A stretch of 64,000 nucleotides of DNA from an uncultured Alphaproteobacteria bacterium (GTDB lineage: Bacteria > Pseudomonadota > Alphaproteobacteria > RF32 > CAG-239), in assembly GCA_949493535.1 (NCBI GenBank), contig CASZWJ010000008.1:345-64344 (forward strand), read 5' to 3'. The notes beneath the pieces were generated by a model. The model searched no databases. It was not told where the DNA came from and was given only the letters and a program-made list of their open reading frames with translations. Shown here piece after piece: positions 1 through 10,488 of this stretch (positions are counted from its first letter, which is position 1; every line of letters starts with the position of its first letter). The translations under genes and the position numbers were made by a program.

Positions 1-1257
1 CGAAAAAATGAAAAATGCCGGAGGGCGGGTTTTTGCCTGCGTAATATAGCGCAATTTGATACGGCGTTTGTTTTTGCCGAGCGGTGGCGGATAATTGTCT
101 ATCATATCGGCAAACCATTTATTGAGCGGTGCTGTCGGAATACGGATATTCCAACGGTCATAAACCTTAAAGACCGCCCGCATGAGTTTATCCAGCCCTT
201 CGCCTTTTAGTGCGGAAATTGTAACGGTCGGCACTCCCTCAGCCTGTGTGAGAGATGTTTTCAGTTTGTAATTCAACTGCTCTAAAGATTCTTTGCGGTT
301 GGCAACATCCCATTTGTTGACGGCAATTACCAAAGCGCGCCCTTCGTCGAGAACCTGACGGGCAATTGTCAAATCCTGCTTGTCGAGGACGGCGTCGGCA
401 TCTAAGACCAAGACGACAACCTGCGCTAAAAACGCTGCGCGTTTAGTGCTGGCTGCGGACATCTTTTCCAAAGAGTCTGAAATACGGGCTTGCTTGCGCA
501 ATCCTGCCGTATCAACTAAATTGATTTTGCGCCCCTGATATTCCCATGCCGTTGAAATTGCGTCACGCGTCACGCCGGCTTCCGGTCCGGTCAGCATTCT
601 TTCGTCATTTAGCAAGGCATTGACTAAGGTCGACTTTCCGACATTCGGGCGGCCCACGATTGCTAATTGAATTGTGCGTTTTCTCCACGCTTCTTCAGAT
701 ATTTCTTCTTCGCCGTTGTCTTCATTGACAGATATTTCCGCTGCTTTTACTTCTTTCGGAAGCTTGACATAATGTTCATGCAAAGCTTCATACAAGTCCT
801 GAAGCCCCAGTCCGTGTTCGGCAGAAAATGGAATCGGCGTGCCGAAACCGAGTTTATAAGCTTCTCCGATACCGTCTTCTTGCGCCTTGCCTTCGCATTT
901 ATTTGCCAGCAGAATAACCGGTTTGTGCATTTGTCTCAACAATTGGGCAAAATGCTCGTCATAGGGTTGCAATCCGTCGCGCGCATCAAATAAAAACAGG
1001 CTGACATCAGCGTCTTCAATGGCTCGCTTGGTTTGCTCCCACATTCTCTTTTCAATATTGTCTTCTTTTGAATATTCATAACCGGCCGTATCAATAATCT
1101 GCAAATTCATGTCGCGCAATTTTGCTGCTGTTTCTCTGCGGTCGCGGGTTACGCCCGGCTGATCATGCACAATTGCGACTTTGCGTCCGGCCAACCGGTT
1201 AAACAAAGTGGATTTTCCGACATTCGGACGTCCGATAATTGCAACTTTTAAACTCAT
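1..1257 (-). CDS. der: GTPase Der/EngA, C-terminus cut by the window edge
   Basis: Minus-strand ATG at 1257 gives MSLKVAIIGRPNVGKSTLFNRLAGRKVAIVHDQPGVTRDR (G1 P-loop). A second GTPase domain and the tail (RYITQAKTRPPAFFIF) run to position 1. It is absent from the ORF track because no stop lies in the window. Confidence 0.9.
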   Translation of the reverse strand, partial: MSLKVAIIGRPNVGKSTLFNRLAGRKVAIVHDQPGVTRDRRETAAKLRDMNLQIIDTAGYEYSKEDNIEKRMWEQTKRAIEDADVSLFLFDARDGLQPYDEHFAQLLRQMHKPVILLANKCEGKAQEDGIGEAYKLGFGTPIPFSAEHGLGLQDLYEALHEHYVKLPKEVKAAEISVNEDNGEEEISEEAWRKRTIQLAIVGRPNVGKSTLVNALLNDERMLTGPEAGVTRDAISTAWEYQGRKINLVDTAGLRKQARISDSLEKMSAASTKRAAFLAQVVVLVLDADAVLDKQDLTIARQVLDEGRALVIAVNKWDVANRKESLEQLNYKLKTSLTQAEGVPTVTISALKGEGLDKLMRAVFKVYDRWNIRIPTAPLNKWFADMIDNYPPPLGKNKRRIKLRYITQAKTRPPAFFIFS

Positions 1258-1269
1258 TTTTTTATTCCG

Positions 1270-2601
1270 TTACTTATAAGCGACAATATCGGCATCATTT
1301 GTTGTAAATACTGTTATGCCGTCAGCAACAACGGGAGAAACTTCAACGCCATCAGACAAGCTGATGTAGCCGATAATTTTTCCGTTATAAGGGGAGACGG
1401 CAAAAACATAGCCGTTTGAACTGCCTACCAGCAGGCGGTTTCCTGCCAAAATAGGCCCTTTGGCAAACAGGCCCGAGCGGTCATCTTCATCTTTTGTAAC
1501 GGGAATACTGGTATTCCAAACAATTTTGCCGCTGGATTTTTCTAATGCAATCAGGTTAAAATCATTATCCAAAACATACATAAATTTTCCGGCAATCCAC
1601 GGCTGGTTAATGCCGCCGATTTCTTTTTCCCAGATTCTGTTGCCTGTGCGCAAATCAATGGCAGTCAGAATATTGCTGTGCCCCAAAGCATAAACGACAT
1701 CTCCGTCAATCACCGGATTTGCCTTGATTCCGTTAATGCTGGCCAAAGAATTGGTACGGCGTCTGGAAATCAGCAGGTCGCCCCACAAGCTGGAACCGGT
1801 ACTGGCTTTAATTGCCCGCAGTTCGCCGCTTGAAAAGGCTGCAATTACCACATCTTGTTCCGGAGAATATGCAGGGCTTGCGCCGCCGACTAAAGTTGTA
1901 TTTTCTGTAGCTGTTTTGTAGCGCCACAATTCGCTGCCGTTATAAGCGTCAAGACAAATCAGCGTGTTATCGATAGTCTGGACAAAGATTTTTCCGTTGG
2001 CAGCGGTCGGCGCAATTCTGATAGGAGCCGAGTTGTCAAAACGCCATATGGGGCGGCCGGTTTTCATGTCTAAAGCAAAAACGCTTCCAAAACCGGTCGT
2101 CGCATAAATTTTCTTGTCAAAATAAGCTAAGCCGGCACCTTTCATTGAAACGGAACGTTCGTCTTTATTCAACGGTTTGACCCTCTTAGACCAGATTTCG
2201 TCTCCGTCATCCAAACGAAAAGCTCTGACTTTTGCATCTGCATCAATCGTGAAAACAACCTGATGCGCAATAACCGGAGCGGCTAAAAGGTAATCTCTTT
2301 TGGAGTTGCCTTCGCCAAAGCCGCTGTCCCACATTTTTTTCAGTTTGCTGTCTGCGGTCAAATGCCCCATAACATGGCGGGAATTGCCGCCTTCCTGAGA
2401 CCATTGTTTATTGGTATAAGGTTTGGGAAGGGTAATTTTTATTTGATTCGGTTCAAAATCGGGAGCCAGCATTTTCGATTCTTTCAAAACAGCTACTCTT
2501 TCTCCGTCAAGCTGAACTTTATCTTTGCCAAACATTCCGCAGGCGCCAAGCATTGCAATAACTGCCAGCAAAACGCCTCTTTGATAATTTTTGCGTATCA
2601 T
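1270..2601 (-). CDS. bamB: Outer-membrane assembly lipoprotein BamB (PQQ-like beta-propeller)
   Basis: Lipobox LGAC near the N-terminus. Repeated propeller blades of the G..W type (DGDEIWS, GRPIWRF, GSELWRY, GNRIWEK, GKIVWNT). Sits 12 nt upstream of der, the classic bamB-der order. Confidence 0.85.
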   Translation of the reverse strand: MIRKNYQRGVLLAVIAMLGACGMFGKDKVQLDGERVAVLKESKMLAPDFEPNQIKITLPKPYTNKQWSQEGGNSRHVMGHLTADSKLKKMWDSGFGEGNSKRDYLLAAPVIAHQVVFTIDADAKVRAFRLDDGDEIWSKRVKPLNKDERSVSMKGAGLAYFDKKIYATTGFGSVFALDMKTGRPIWRFDNSAPIRIAPTAANGKIFVQTIDNTLICLDAYNGSELWRYKTATENTTLVGGASPAYSPEQDVVIAAFSSGELRAIKASTGSSLWGDLLISRRRTNSLASINGIKANPVIDGDVVYALGHSNILTAIDLRTGNRIWEKEIGGINQPWIAGKFMYVLDNDFNLIALEKSSGKIVWNTSIPVTKDEDDRSGLFAKGPILAGNRLLVGSSNGYVFAVSPYNGKIIGYISLSDGVEVSPVVADGITVFTTNDADIVAYK

Positions 2602-2640
2602 TCCCAGTTCCTTAATTGATAGTCTTAGTCTTCTTGTTTA

Positions 2641-3339
2641 TTATTGTTTTTTCTGAGCTTCGTCAATAACATTCAGCATGTCTTGGGCTCTGGCTTTGAG
2701 TGTTTCCGGCGTATTTGCCGCAACGCTGATTTCCTGATACAGGGTTTTTGCTCTGTCAAAATCATTGTCTCTGACGGCAAGCATAGCCAGAAGCTCTTTT
2801 GCAATATTTGTCCAGACGCCGTTTTCTTTTACCAGAGGCTCAAGCATTTCCTGAATCTCCTGAGAGGGAGCGTAATCAAGCTTATAAGAAGCCAGTTTGA
2901 TAATGGCAATTTGTTGCATCTGCGGATTAAAGTTTTCAGCCTTGGAAACTTTTTCCAAAACGGCAATAGCTTCTTCAATTTTGTTTTGTTCAACTAAAAC
3001 ATTGGCTTTTTGAATCTCGGCAATATTTGCATAAACTTCTTTGCCCGATTTTTCGAGCTTGTCCAAAACTTCCATTGCTTCGGCATAGCGCCCCTGATTT
3101 TGCAGGTTCAGGGCATAGGCGTAAGTATTGGAGAATTCCTGATTGCGCTTATCCTGCCATGCTTTAAATGTTTCAAAGCTGACGGCGGCAGTCACGGCGG
3201 CGGCAACGAACAAAATGATAAACAATCCGTATTTATCCCAGATTCTTTTCAGTTTTTCATTTTTAAGTTCTTCATCAATTTCGCGGATGAAAGCATCTTC
3301 AAAATCATTATGCTGTTCCGGCGCTTTTTTCTTTTTCAT
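2641..3339 (-). CDS. YfgM-like membrane-anchored TPR protein
   Basis: Charged N-terminus, a single TM helix (LFIILFVAAAVTAAVSF), then TPR-like helical repeats. It occupies the conserved position upstream of bamB-der. Confidence 0.6.
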   Translation of the reverse strand: MKKKKAPEQHNDFEDAFIREIDEELKNEKLKRIWDKYGLFIILFVAAAVTAAVSFETFKAWQDKRNQEFSNTYAYALNLQNQGRYAEAMEVLDKLEKSGKEVYANIAEIQKANVLVEQNKIEEAIAVLEKVSKAENFNPQMQQIAIIKLASYKLDYAPSQEIQEMLEPLVKENGVWTNIAKELLAMLAVRDNDFDRAKTLYQEISVAANTPETLKARAQDMLNVIDEAQKKQ

Positions 3340-3450
3340 GGTTATTCCTTTCTGAGCTCAGTCATACATTATTCCCATATATAATGCAAAACGCATATAT
3401 CGCCAACAAAATTCTTCCTTTTTGCAAAAATATTTTGCCTATGGGAGTTG

Positions 3451-4626
3451 TTAATCCTTTATAATCTCGTTAATTAAAAACTTTTTAACCCATTTCAAGT
3501 CGCTCATCGGCAGTTTTTTGCCGAAGATAATGGTTTTGTCGTCGGAGATAATTGTCAAAAAACTGCGTTCTGTTGCCGGATTGACCGTAACGATAACCGC
3601 TTTGATGTCTTTTTTCATAATCTCGTCATGCTTGGTCTGGAAAAGCATGTATTTATGGGTGTTGACAATCTTGTCTTTCTTTATCACCAGTTTGTCTTTT
3701 CTGAACAATATGAAAATGGCGGCAACGGAGCACAAACTGCCGATACCGTAGAAAAGCCATAAAAATGTTGTTGAAAAGCCTGATATGTTAAAGCTGACGA
3801 TAAATCCGACCAAAGCAAATATAAAGATGAAAAGCCAAGCCAGAATATTATAAGCGTCCCAAACGATTTTGCGCGATTTGACAACCGTTTTAAGCGGGCC
3901 TTTGTTAAGGCCTATGCGCGAAGAGTGTTTGCTGTTTTCGTTGAACTTGTTTTTTAAATCCAAAATCTCGGACATTTCGCGAAGCGTTTTGCCCAAATCT
4001 TCGGCCTCGCGTTTAACCATGCCTTCGTCTGTGTACGTCAATGTCGGCAGATTCAGCTTTTTGGCATAGTCTTCCCAGATTTTTCTGATGTTCTTGCCTG
4101 ACGTCGAAATATATAACGGAACAATCTTTTCGGGTTTTTTGTGATGAAGCTCAATGATGTATCTGTTTTTGGTCATGAAGCCCCATTGGTAGAACTCTAT
4201 TCTCAGCATGACGCCGGCATAGTTTTTGAGGTCTTCGCGAATACTGGCTTTTTTGCCGAAAGCCGGACGGTTTACCATGGTAATGTTCTGCCCGTCAAAA
4301 AAGATTTTTTTGTAACGGATATGCGAAAACAAAAGGGATAAGACTATTCCCAGTCCCAAAACCATAATCGTAACGTCAAAAAACGTTGCGCTCATGAAAG
4401 GCGTAAACGTCATGGACGTATTGTCTTTAGCCAGTTTGTCAAAAATGCTGTCGTGATTTTTCAGCCCGTTCAGCAGTTCAAACAGACCCAGAGCAAAAAG
4501 CGCGGCACCGAGAATAATTCCCGGCAGCAGAATTTTAAGGTTCATCCGGTCGGATTCTTTTGCCGGCAGCCTGTCGATATTCAGTTTAAAGTTTTGGCTG
4601 AAATGCTTGGGAATTTTTCTGTTCAT
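3451..4626 (-). CDS. Membrane protein of unknown function with an internal duplication, 2 x (two TM helices + PH-like soluble module)
   Basis: 391-aa ORF. There are two hydrophobic pairs (residues ~30-100 and ~260-310), each followed by a ~90-aa beta-rich module. The start could instead be the internal MNLKILLPG. Confidence 0.6.
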   Translation of the reverse strand: MNRKIPKHFSQNFKLNIDRLPAKESDRMNLKILLPGIILGAALFALGLFELLNGLKNHDSIFDKLAKDNTSMTFTPFMSATFFDVTIMVLGLGIVLSLLFSHIRYKKIFFDGQNITMVNRPAFGKKASIREDLKNYAGVMLRIEFYQWGFMTKNRYIIELHHKKPEKIVPLYISTSGKNIRKIWEDYAKKLNLPTLTYTDEGMVKREAEDLGKTLREMSEILDLKNKFNENSKHSSRIGLNKGPLKTVVKSRKIVWDAYNILAWLFIFIFALVGFIVSFNISGFSTTFLWLFYGIGSLCSVAAIFILFRKDKLVIKKDKIVNTHKYMLFQTKHDEIMKKDIKAVIVTVNPATERSFLTIISDDKTIIFGKKLPMSDLKWVKKFLINEIIKD

Positions 4627-4800
4627 ATTAATAATCCTTCTGTATATTTGCAGCGGAAAAGATATTGCCTGAAGAAATACTATAATATTTTTTTCAAATA
4701 ATCATCAATTTTTTATAAAATTAATTCATGCTTTAATTTATTTTAACAATATAGATATAATCTGTGCGGAGAATTAATTAAATATGAAGGATCATATATA

Positions 4801-6561
4801 ATGGGAACCATCAGTATTTTTAACCAGACTTCAAACGTGGTCTTTACCCTTTTGTCATTGTTTTTGCTGTTTTGCGCCAGCATATATGCTTCTAAGGGAA
4901 CCAAGCTCGGAAAAGGTATTTGGCTGCTGTATTGGGGATTGGTGTTGGAGTTTGTCACAATATATATCGGCAAACATTCAAGTGATATTTTCAGCCATGG
5001 CGGCGGTATCGAGGGCTGGGTTTTCGTTGAGTTGCTGCTGAACCTGATTTCCATGATTCTTTTGGCAATGGCAGCCTCGCAAATTCTGGTAAACGGTGTT
5101 CCTGATTTGCCTGTTATCGGCGGTTTTGGCGCTTTGGGCCTGGTTGCCATAATTTATTTTCTGTTCATATCTCCTGATGGCGAAATGGTTTCAAACATGC
5201 GCCAGATATTCCCTCTGACGGGGTTTGCCTATATCTCCGTAAGCTTTTTGTCTCAATGGCGCAACAAACATCACGGCGGCTTTGTTTTTGCGGGTATTGT
5301 TTCGCTCTCGGTTGCTTTCGTCATGGTCTTAAAATTGTTCGGCAATGAATATTTTCTGATGTCTGCGTGGTATGTTCCTGCTTGCACATATGTCTTGCTC
5401 AGCATAGCCTTAATTATGATGAAAGGCGATTTTTATGCCAAAAAGCTTGACGAAAGCCAATTGGAAATAGAAAGATATAACAAGCGTATAGAAGAAATTA
5501 TCAAATCGTCGCCTTTCCCGATTATCATTTCCCGTTTGAGCGATGACCGTATCATTTTGGCGAATAACAATGCCATTAAGCTCTTTGGCATTCGTCAGGA
5601 AGAATTGGAACGTTACCGCTTAAAAGATTTCTTCGCCGATTCTGAAAACCGCCGTTTGTTAAATGAGCGGTTGGAACAGGAACGCGAAGTTCAGGATTTT
5701 GAAGTTTTGGTCACAACCCCGAGCAGCAATACGCCTTTCTGGCTTCTGACTTCGGCCAATGTTATCGATTATAACTATGATGTTGCGCTTTATGCCGCTT
5801 TTCAGGATATTACATCGCGCAAAAACCGCGAAGTTTTGTTGAAAAATCAGGCAATCCGCGATCCTCTGACTTCATTGTTTAACCGCCGTTATTTTGAAGA
5901 TGAGGTATATAAGCGCATTTTGGAATCTAAAACGGCAAACGAACCGTTCAGCGTGTTGATGATTGATGCCGACCATTTCAAAAACGTTAACGATACTTAC
6001 GGACACAAAACCGGTGATAAAGTGTTGATTGAGTTGGCTTCGACCTGTGAACGCGCGTTGCGTGACGTTGATATTGTCGCCCGTTACGGCGGTGAAGAAT
6101 TTGTTATCTTTTTAGCCGGCGTCAATGCTCAAAAAGGCAAAACCGTTGCTGACCGCCTGCGCGAGACAATCTCAGAAATTGTTGTTCACTCCGATGAAGG
6201 GGATGAGGTTCGTTTTACGGTCAGTATCGGCGTTTCTTCCAATGAGATTTCCGATAATATAGACACTCTGATTAAAGCTGCGGACGAAGCTTTGTATAAA
6301 GCCAAGGAAACCGGACGCAACCGTGTTGTCGTCTTTAATAAAGAAGATATGGAAGCCTTTGACAACAGGGAAACTCAGGAACGGATAAAAAATGAGGCCA
6401 ATAACCGGCATCCGATTTTTGATAAAGAAGAAAATGAAGAAATTTCGCTGCTGGACGGTATCGAAGCGCAGCATATCCAGAGCGATACGCCGAAAATAGA
6501 AGACGGCGGTTCGGATGAATCCGGCTTGCTGCTTGGCGTTGACGAAGAAGACTTGAAATAG
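4801..6561 (+). CDS. Membrane-bound PAS/GGDEF diguanylate cyclase
   Basis: N-terminal multi-TM domain and a PAS-like segment. GGDEF domain with an active-site RYGGEEF and an RxxD I-site (RDVD) five residues upstream. Acidic C-terminal tail. Confidence 0.85.
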   Translation: MGTISIFNQTSNVVFTLLSLFLLFCASIYASKGTKLGKGIWLLYWGLVLEFVTIYIGKHSSDIFSHGGGIEGWVFVELLLNLISMILLAMAASQILVNGVPDLPVIGGFGALGLVAIIYFLFISPDGEMVSNMRQIFPLTGFAYISVSFLSQWRNKHHGGFVFAGIVSLSVAFVMVLKLFGNEYFLMSAWYVPACTYVLLSIALIMMKGDFYAKKLDESQLEIERYNKRIEEIIKSSPFPIIISRLSDDRIILANNNAIKLFGIRQEELERYRLKDFFADSENRRLLNERLEQEREVQDFEVLVTTPSSNTPFWLLTSANVIDYNYDVALYAAFQDITSRKNREVLLKNQAIRDPLTSLFNRRYFEDEVYKRILESKTANEPFSVLMIDADHFKNVNDTYGHKTGDKVLIELASTCERALRDVDIVARYGGEEFVIFLAGVNAQKGKTVADRLRETISEIVVHSDEGDEVRFTVSIGVSSNEISDNIDTLIKAADEALYKAKETGRNRVVVFNKEDMEAFDNRETQERIKNEANNRHPIFDKEENEEISLLDGIEAQHIQSDTPKIEDGGSDESGLLLGVDEEDLK

Positions 6562-6569
6562 GAAAAGCC

Positions 6570-7709
6570 ATGGGCTGCAATTATACGGATGAATGTGGCG
6601 GTTGCCGGTATCGGCAACTGGGGCAGGAGGAATATCGGACGAAAAAATGTCGGGATGTTCAGGCTGTTTTGGACGGGCTTAAAGATAAAGATTATCGTTT
6701 TGCCGAGCCGGTTTTTGTTGGAGACAATCAGCGCCGTCGGGCAACATTGGCCTTTTCCTGCCGGAAGGGAAAGCTTGTTCTCGGATTTAACCGCAGCCGG
6801 AGCGCGGAAATCGTCGATTTGGCATCTTGCTACCTGCTGACTCCGAAAATCAATGCGGCTTTGCCTGAACTGCGGCGCCTTCTGGCTGAACTTTGCGCCG
6901 TTAAAATTCCGCAAATGAAGAAAAACAAGCAAGTCGGCGTGACTTGTTTGCAGGGCGGAGATTTGCAGATTACGGAAGCGGATAACGGTTTGGATATCGT
7001 TTTGCAATTTGACGGCGAACTTAATCTTGATTACCGCATGATTATTTTTGAATTTGCCCAAAACAGCAACGATGTTGCCCGCATATCTCACAGGCGTTCG
7101 GAAAACGGGCAGCCGGAAACGATAGTTGAAAAGTCAAAGCCTTATATTAATATTGCCGGGTATGAAGTTTTTATTCCGGCGGGAACTTTTTTACAAGCCT
7201 CTAAAGCTTCGGAACAGGCTCTGATCGAAATAGTTTTGCGCTATGCGGGCGAAAGCGGCGGAAAAATTGCCGATTTGTTTTGCGGTGTAGGTACTTTTTC
7301 TTATCCGTTATCTAAAAATATCAAAAATAAAATTGTTGCGGCCGATTCTTCAAGATCATTGTTGGAAGGTTTTCGGCAATCAGTTAATAAAAACATGATT
7401 CCCAATATTGAGATTGTTGAGAAAAACCTGTTTAAATATCCGCTGGATGAAAAAGAACTGAACGGATTTGACCTTGTGGTTTTTGATCCGCCGCGTGCCG
7501 GCGCCGAGGCTCAGGCAAAAAAAATTGCGGCTATGGGAACTTCCGCGCCGCAAAAAGTCATTGCCGTTTCGTGTAATCCGCACAGTTTTGTAAAAGATGC
7601 CAATATTTTGATTGGCGCAGGCTTCAAATTGGAAGAAATCACGCTGGTAGACCAGTTTGCCTATTCTAATCACAGTGAGCTTGTTGCCTTATTTACAAAA
7701 AAAGATTGA
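6570..7709 (+). CDS. RNA (uracil-5)-methyltransferase, TrmA/RumA family, with N-terminal Cys cluster
   Basis: CNYTDECGGCRYRQ cysteine cluster, the SAM-methyltransferase motif FDPPRAGA, and the catalytic motif VSCNP. Confidence 0.75.
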   Translation: MGCNYTDECGGCRYRQLGQEEYRTKKCRDVQAVLDGLKDKDYRFAEPVFVGDNQRRRATLAFSCRKGKLVLGFNRSRSAEIVDLASCYLLTPKINAALPELRRLLAELCAVKIPQMKKNKQVGVTCLQGGDLQITEADNGLDIVLQFDGELNLDYRMIIFEFAQNSNDVARISHRRSENGQPETIVEKSKPYINIAGYEVFIPAGTFLQASKASEQALIEIVLRYAGESGGKIADLFCGVGTFSYPLSKNIKNKIVAADSSRSLLEGFRQSVNKNMIPNIEIVEKNLFKYPLDEKELNGFDLVVFDPPRAGAEAQAKKIAAMGTSAPQKVIAVSCNPHSFVKDANILIGAGFKLEEITLVDQFAYSNHSELVALFTKKD

Positions 7710-7758
7710 GCTTATATAGTAGTCCTCAGAAAATAACCGCGGAAAGGCGAGGGCATAA

Positions 7759-8412
7759 ATGATAAAAAAAATATATATCGGTATTTTGGCAGGGCTGCTG
7801 AGCGCTTGCGTTTTGCGCGAGCCTTACCGTTATTGCCCTCTGGTCACAATCGACCGTTATGACGCGCGCCTTATCCAAAAAGTTAATTACCAAGACGATT
7901 TTGAAGTTGAGTTCAAAGGCGTTGAAGGCTTTTGCTGGTATGATGAGCGCGTTAAACAGGAAAAAGCGCGGATTACGCCTGTTTTTGTCGTACGCAAACT
8001 GCGTAATACTGATGAAAGCGACGTTCATTTCCGTTGGTTTACCAATACAATCAAAGGCCCGCCGGCTTATCTTGGCAAAAAGTCATATTTTGCTGAGGTT
8101 TCCATGGCTAAAGGCGAACGCAGCAAAGAATTTCGCGGCGAAGCGGTAGATGTAAAAATCCCGCGCGATATGATGTATGAATTTGAAATTTTTGCAGGGT
8201 TGGTCATCTCGCCGCAGGAACAGAAATATAACCGCCGGATTTTTGATGTCGATTTTGACTATTACGAAGATACAGAGACATCAGAACCTTCTGTCGCCAA
8301 GTTAAAAGTTTATCCCGAGCTTTATTATGAAGACGGCAGCGTTGCCGAACCTGAATATATTACGCCCGGCCGGCCGCAAAAGAAGCAAGGTTGCTCAAGC
8401 TGCGGCGTATAA
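7759..8412 (+). CDS. Lipoprotein, unknown function
   Basis: Signal peptide with lipobox LLSAC; 217-aa ORF. Family not recognised. Confidence 0.55.
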   Translation: MIKKIYIGILAGLLSACVLREPYRYCPLVTIDRYDARLIQKVNYQDDFEVEFKGVEGFCWYDERVKQEKARITPVFVVRKLRNTDESDVHFRWFTNTIKGPPAYLGKKSYFAEVSMAKGERSKEFRGEAVDVKIPRDMMYEFEIFAGLVISPQEQKYNRRIFDVDFDYYEDTETSEPSVAKLKVYPELYYEDGSVAEPEYITPGRPQKKQGCSSCGV

Positions 8413-8446
8413 TTTTTTATTTTTTTAACCTCAAGGAGAAGTATCT

Positions 8447-10426
8447 ATGAGTTTATCCCAGCAAAATTCCCTCGCACAAATGGCAAATGCCATTCGTTTT
8501 TTGAGTGCGGATGCTATTGAAAAATCAAATTCGGGTCATCCGGGCATGCCTTTGGGTATGGCGGATGTGGCAACGGTATTGTTTACGAAATTTATGAAAC
8601 TTGATGCTTCTCAGCCGCATTGGTTTGACCGCGACCGCTTTGTCTTGTCTGCCGGACACGGTTCTATGCTGATGTATTCCCTGCTTTATTTGCTGGGGTA
8701 TAAAGATATTGGCATTGAAGACATTAAGAATTTCCGCCAGTTGGGCGCCAAGACCGCCGGACACCCTGAATACGGGCATCTGGCCGGCATAGATATGACA
8801 ACCGGGCCTTTGGGGCAGGGTATTTCTTCCGCAGTCGGCATGGCTTTGGCCGAACGCGTCATCGCCGCCAAATACGGAGAAGATGTCTGCAATCACTATA
8901 CTTATGTCATTAACGGTGACGGCTGCTTAATGGAAGGCATTTCCGAAGAAGCGATTTCCCTTGCCGGACATTGGGGCTTAAATAAGCTGATTGTTCTTTG
9001 GGATAATAATAATATCACGATTGACGGAACGGTAGACAAGGCCAATTCGACTGACCAGATAGCCCGTTTCAAGGCTGTCGGCTGGAATACGATTGAAATT
9101 GACGGCCACGATTACGGAATGATTGAAAGCGCAATCAAAAAAGCCCAAACGTCAGATAAGCCGACCCTGATTGCCTGCAAAACCAAAATCGGTTTCGGCG
9201 CGCCGAACAAATGCGGCACCAGCAAATGCCACGGTTCTCCGCTCGGTGCCGAAGAAGTTGCGGCAATGCGTCAGGTTCTGGATTGGAAGTCTGAACCCTT
9301 TGATATTCCGTCAGATGTTTTGAAAAACTGGCGTGAAGCCGGTTCCGCCCGTGCCGAAGGCTATAAGGCTTGGTCTGAACGCGCCAAAGCCAAGGGACAA
9401 GAATTTTTAGATTTGATTGAAGGAAAATTGCCCAAAGGCTGGAGTAAAGATTTACAGGCTTTGGCCGAAAAAGCCATTGCCGAAAAAACGAAAGTTGCAA
9501 CCCGCAAAGCCAGCCAGATGTGTTTGGAAGCCATTGTGCCGAATGTGCCGGAAATCATCGGCGGCTCTGCTGACTTGGCAGCCTCAAACTTAACTTTTGT
9601 CAACGGTATGAAAAACATCACAAAAGAAGATTATGCCGGAAATAACGTGATGTATGGTATTCGCGAGCATGCGATGGGCGCAATTATGAACGGTATGGCT
9701 CTGCATGGCGGCGTTATTCCTTATGGCGGCACGTTCTTTGTCTTTTCTGATTATATGCGTCCGTCTATGCGCTTGGCCGCTTTAATGGGCATTCGCGTTA
9801 TTTATGTTTTGACGCATGATTCGATAGGTGTCGGCGAAGACGGCCCGACCCACCAGCCGGTTGAACATTTGGCATCTTATCGCGCCATGCCGAATATTTA
9901 TACGTTCCGCCCCTGCGATGTGGTTGAAACGGCCGAGGCTTGGAAGCTGGCGGTCGAAAGCGAAAAAACGCCGAGCATTTTGGCTCTGACCCGTCAGGGA
10001 TTGCCTTTGCTGCGTGCTTCTGCAAAAGAAAACTTAACCGCTAAGGGAGGCTATGTTATTTCGGATGTTGCCGAGGGCAAAAAGCGGCAGGCAACAATTA
10101 TCGCCACCGGTTCGGAAGTATCTCTGGCTGTGGAAGCCCAGAAACAATTGCGGGAAGAAGGAATTGACGTCGCGGTTGTTTCCATGCCCTGCACGGAACT
10201 TTTTGACAAGCAGGATATTTCTTATCAGGAAGAAGTTTTAGGCTCTGCGCCGCGTATTGCTGTTGAAGCTGCTTCGAAATTCGGCTGGGAAAAATATGTC
10301 GGCTTAAAAGGCGATATTATCGGCATGGACGGCTTTGGTGCGTCCGGTCCGGCTGAGGAATTGTATAAATACTTCGGCATCACTAAAGAAGAAGTTGTTG
10401 ACGCTGTTAAAAACTGCATGAAATAA
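8447..10426 (+). CDS. tkt: Transketolase
   Basis: SGHPGMPLGMADVA and GDGCLMEGIS ThDP motifs, full length at 659 aa, with a GGAG RBS upstream. Confidence 0.95.
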   Translation: MSLSQQNSLAQMANAIRFLSADAIEKSNSGHPGMPLGMADVATVLFTKFMKLDASQPHWFDRDRFVLSAGHGSMLMYSLLYLLGYKDIGIEDIKNFRQLGAKTAGHPEYGHLAGIDMTTGPLGQGISSAVGMALAERVIAAKYGEDVCNHYTYVINGDGCLMEGISEEAISLAGHWGLNKLIVLWDNNNITIDGTVDKANSTDQIARFKAVGWNTIEIDGHDYGMIESAIKKAQTSDKPTLIACKTKIGFGAPNKCGTSKCHGSPLGAEEVAAMRQVLDWKSEPFDIPSDVLKNWREAGSARAEGYKAWSERAKAKGQEFLDLIEGKLPKGWSKDLQALAEKAIAEKTKVATRKASQMCLEAIVPNVPEIIGGSADLAASNLTFVNGMKNITKEDYAGNNVMYGIREHAMGAIMNGMALHGGVIPYGGTFFVFSDYMRPSMRLAALMGIRVIYVLTHDSIGVGEDGPTHQPVEHLASYRAMPNIYTFRPCDVVETAEAWKLAVESEKTPSILALTRQGLPLLRASAKENLTAKGGYVISDVAEGKKRQATIIATGSEVSLAVEAQKQLREEGIDVAVVSMPCTELFDKQDISYQEEVLGSAPRIAVEAASKFGWEKYVGLKGDIIGMDGFGASGPAEELYKYFGITKEEVVDAVKNCMK

Positions 10427-10440
10427 TTGCCGAATATGCA

Positions 10441-10474
10441 AAAAAGAGCTGGCCTGAACGGCCAGCTCTTTTTT
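10441..10474. terminator. Bidirectional Rho-independent terminator between tkt and pyrF
   Basis: AGAGCTGGCC-tgaac-GGCCAGCTCT stem flanked by an A-run and a T-run. Confidence 0.8.
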
Positions 10475-10488
10475 GCGCAGATAAATTA

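Noticed and set aside
667-993. A + strand 108-aa ORF at the window start.
   Set aside because: It lies inside, and antisense to, the der (EngA) coding region. der is open on the minus strand from 1257 to the window edge.
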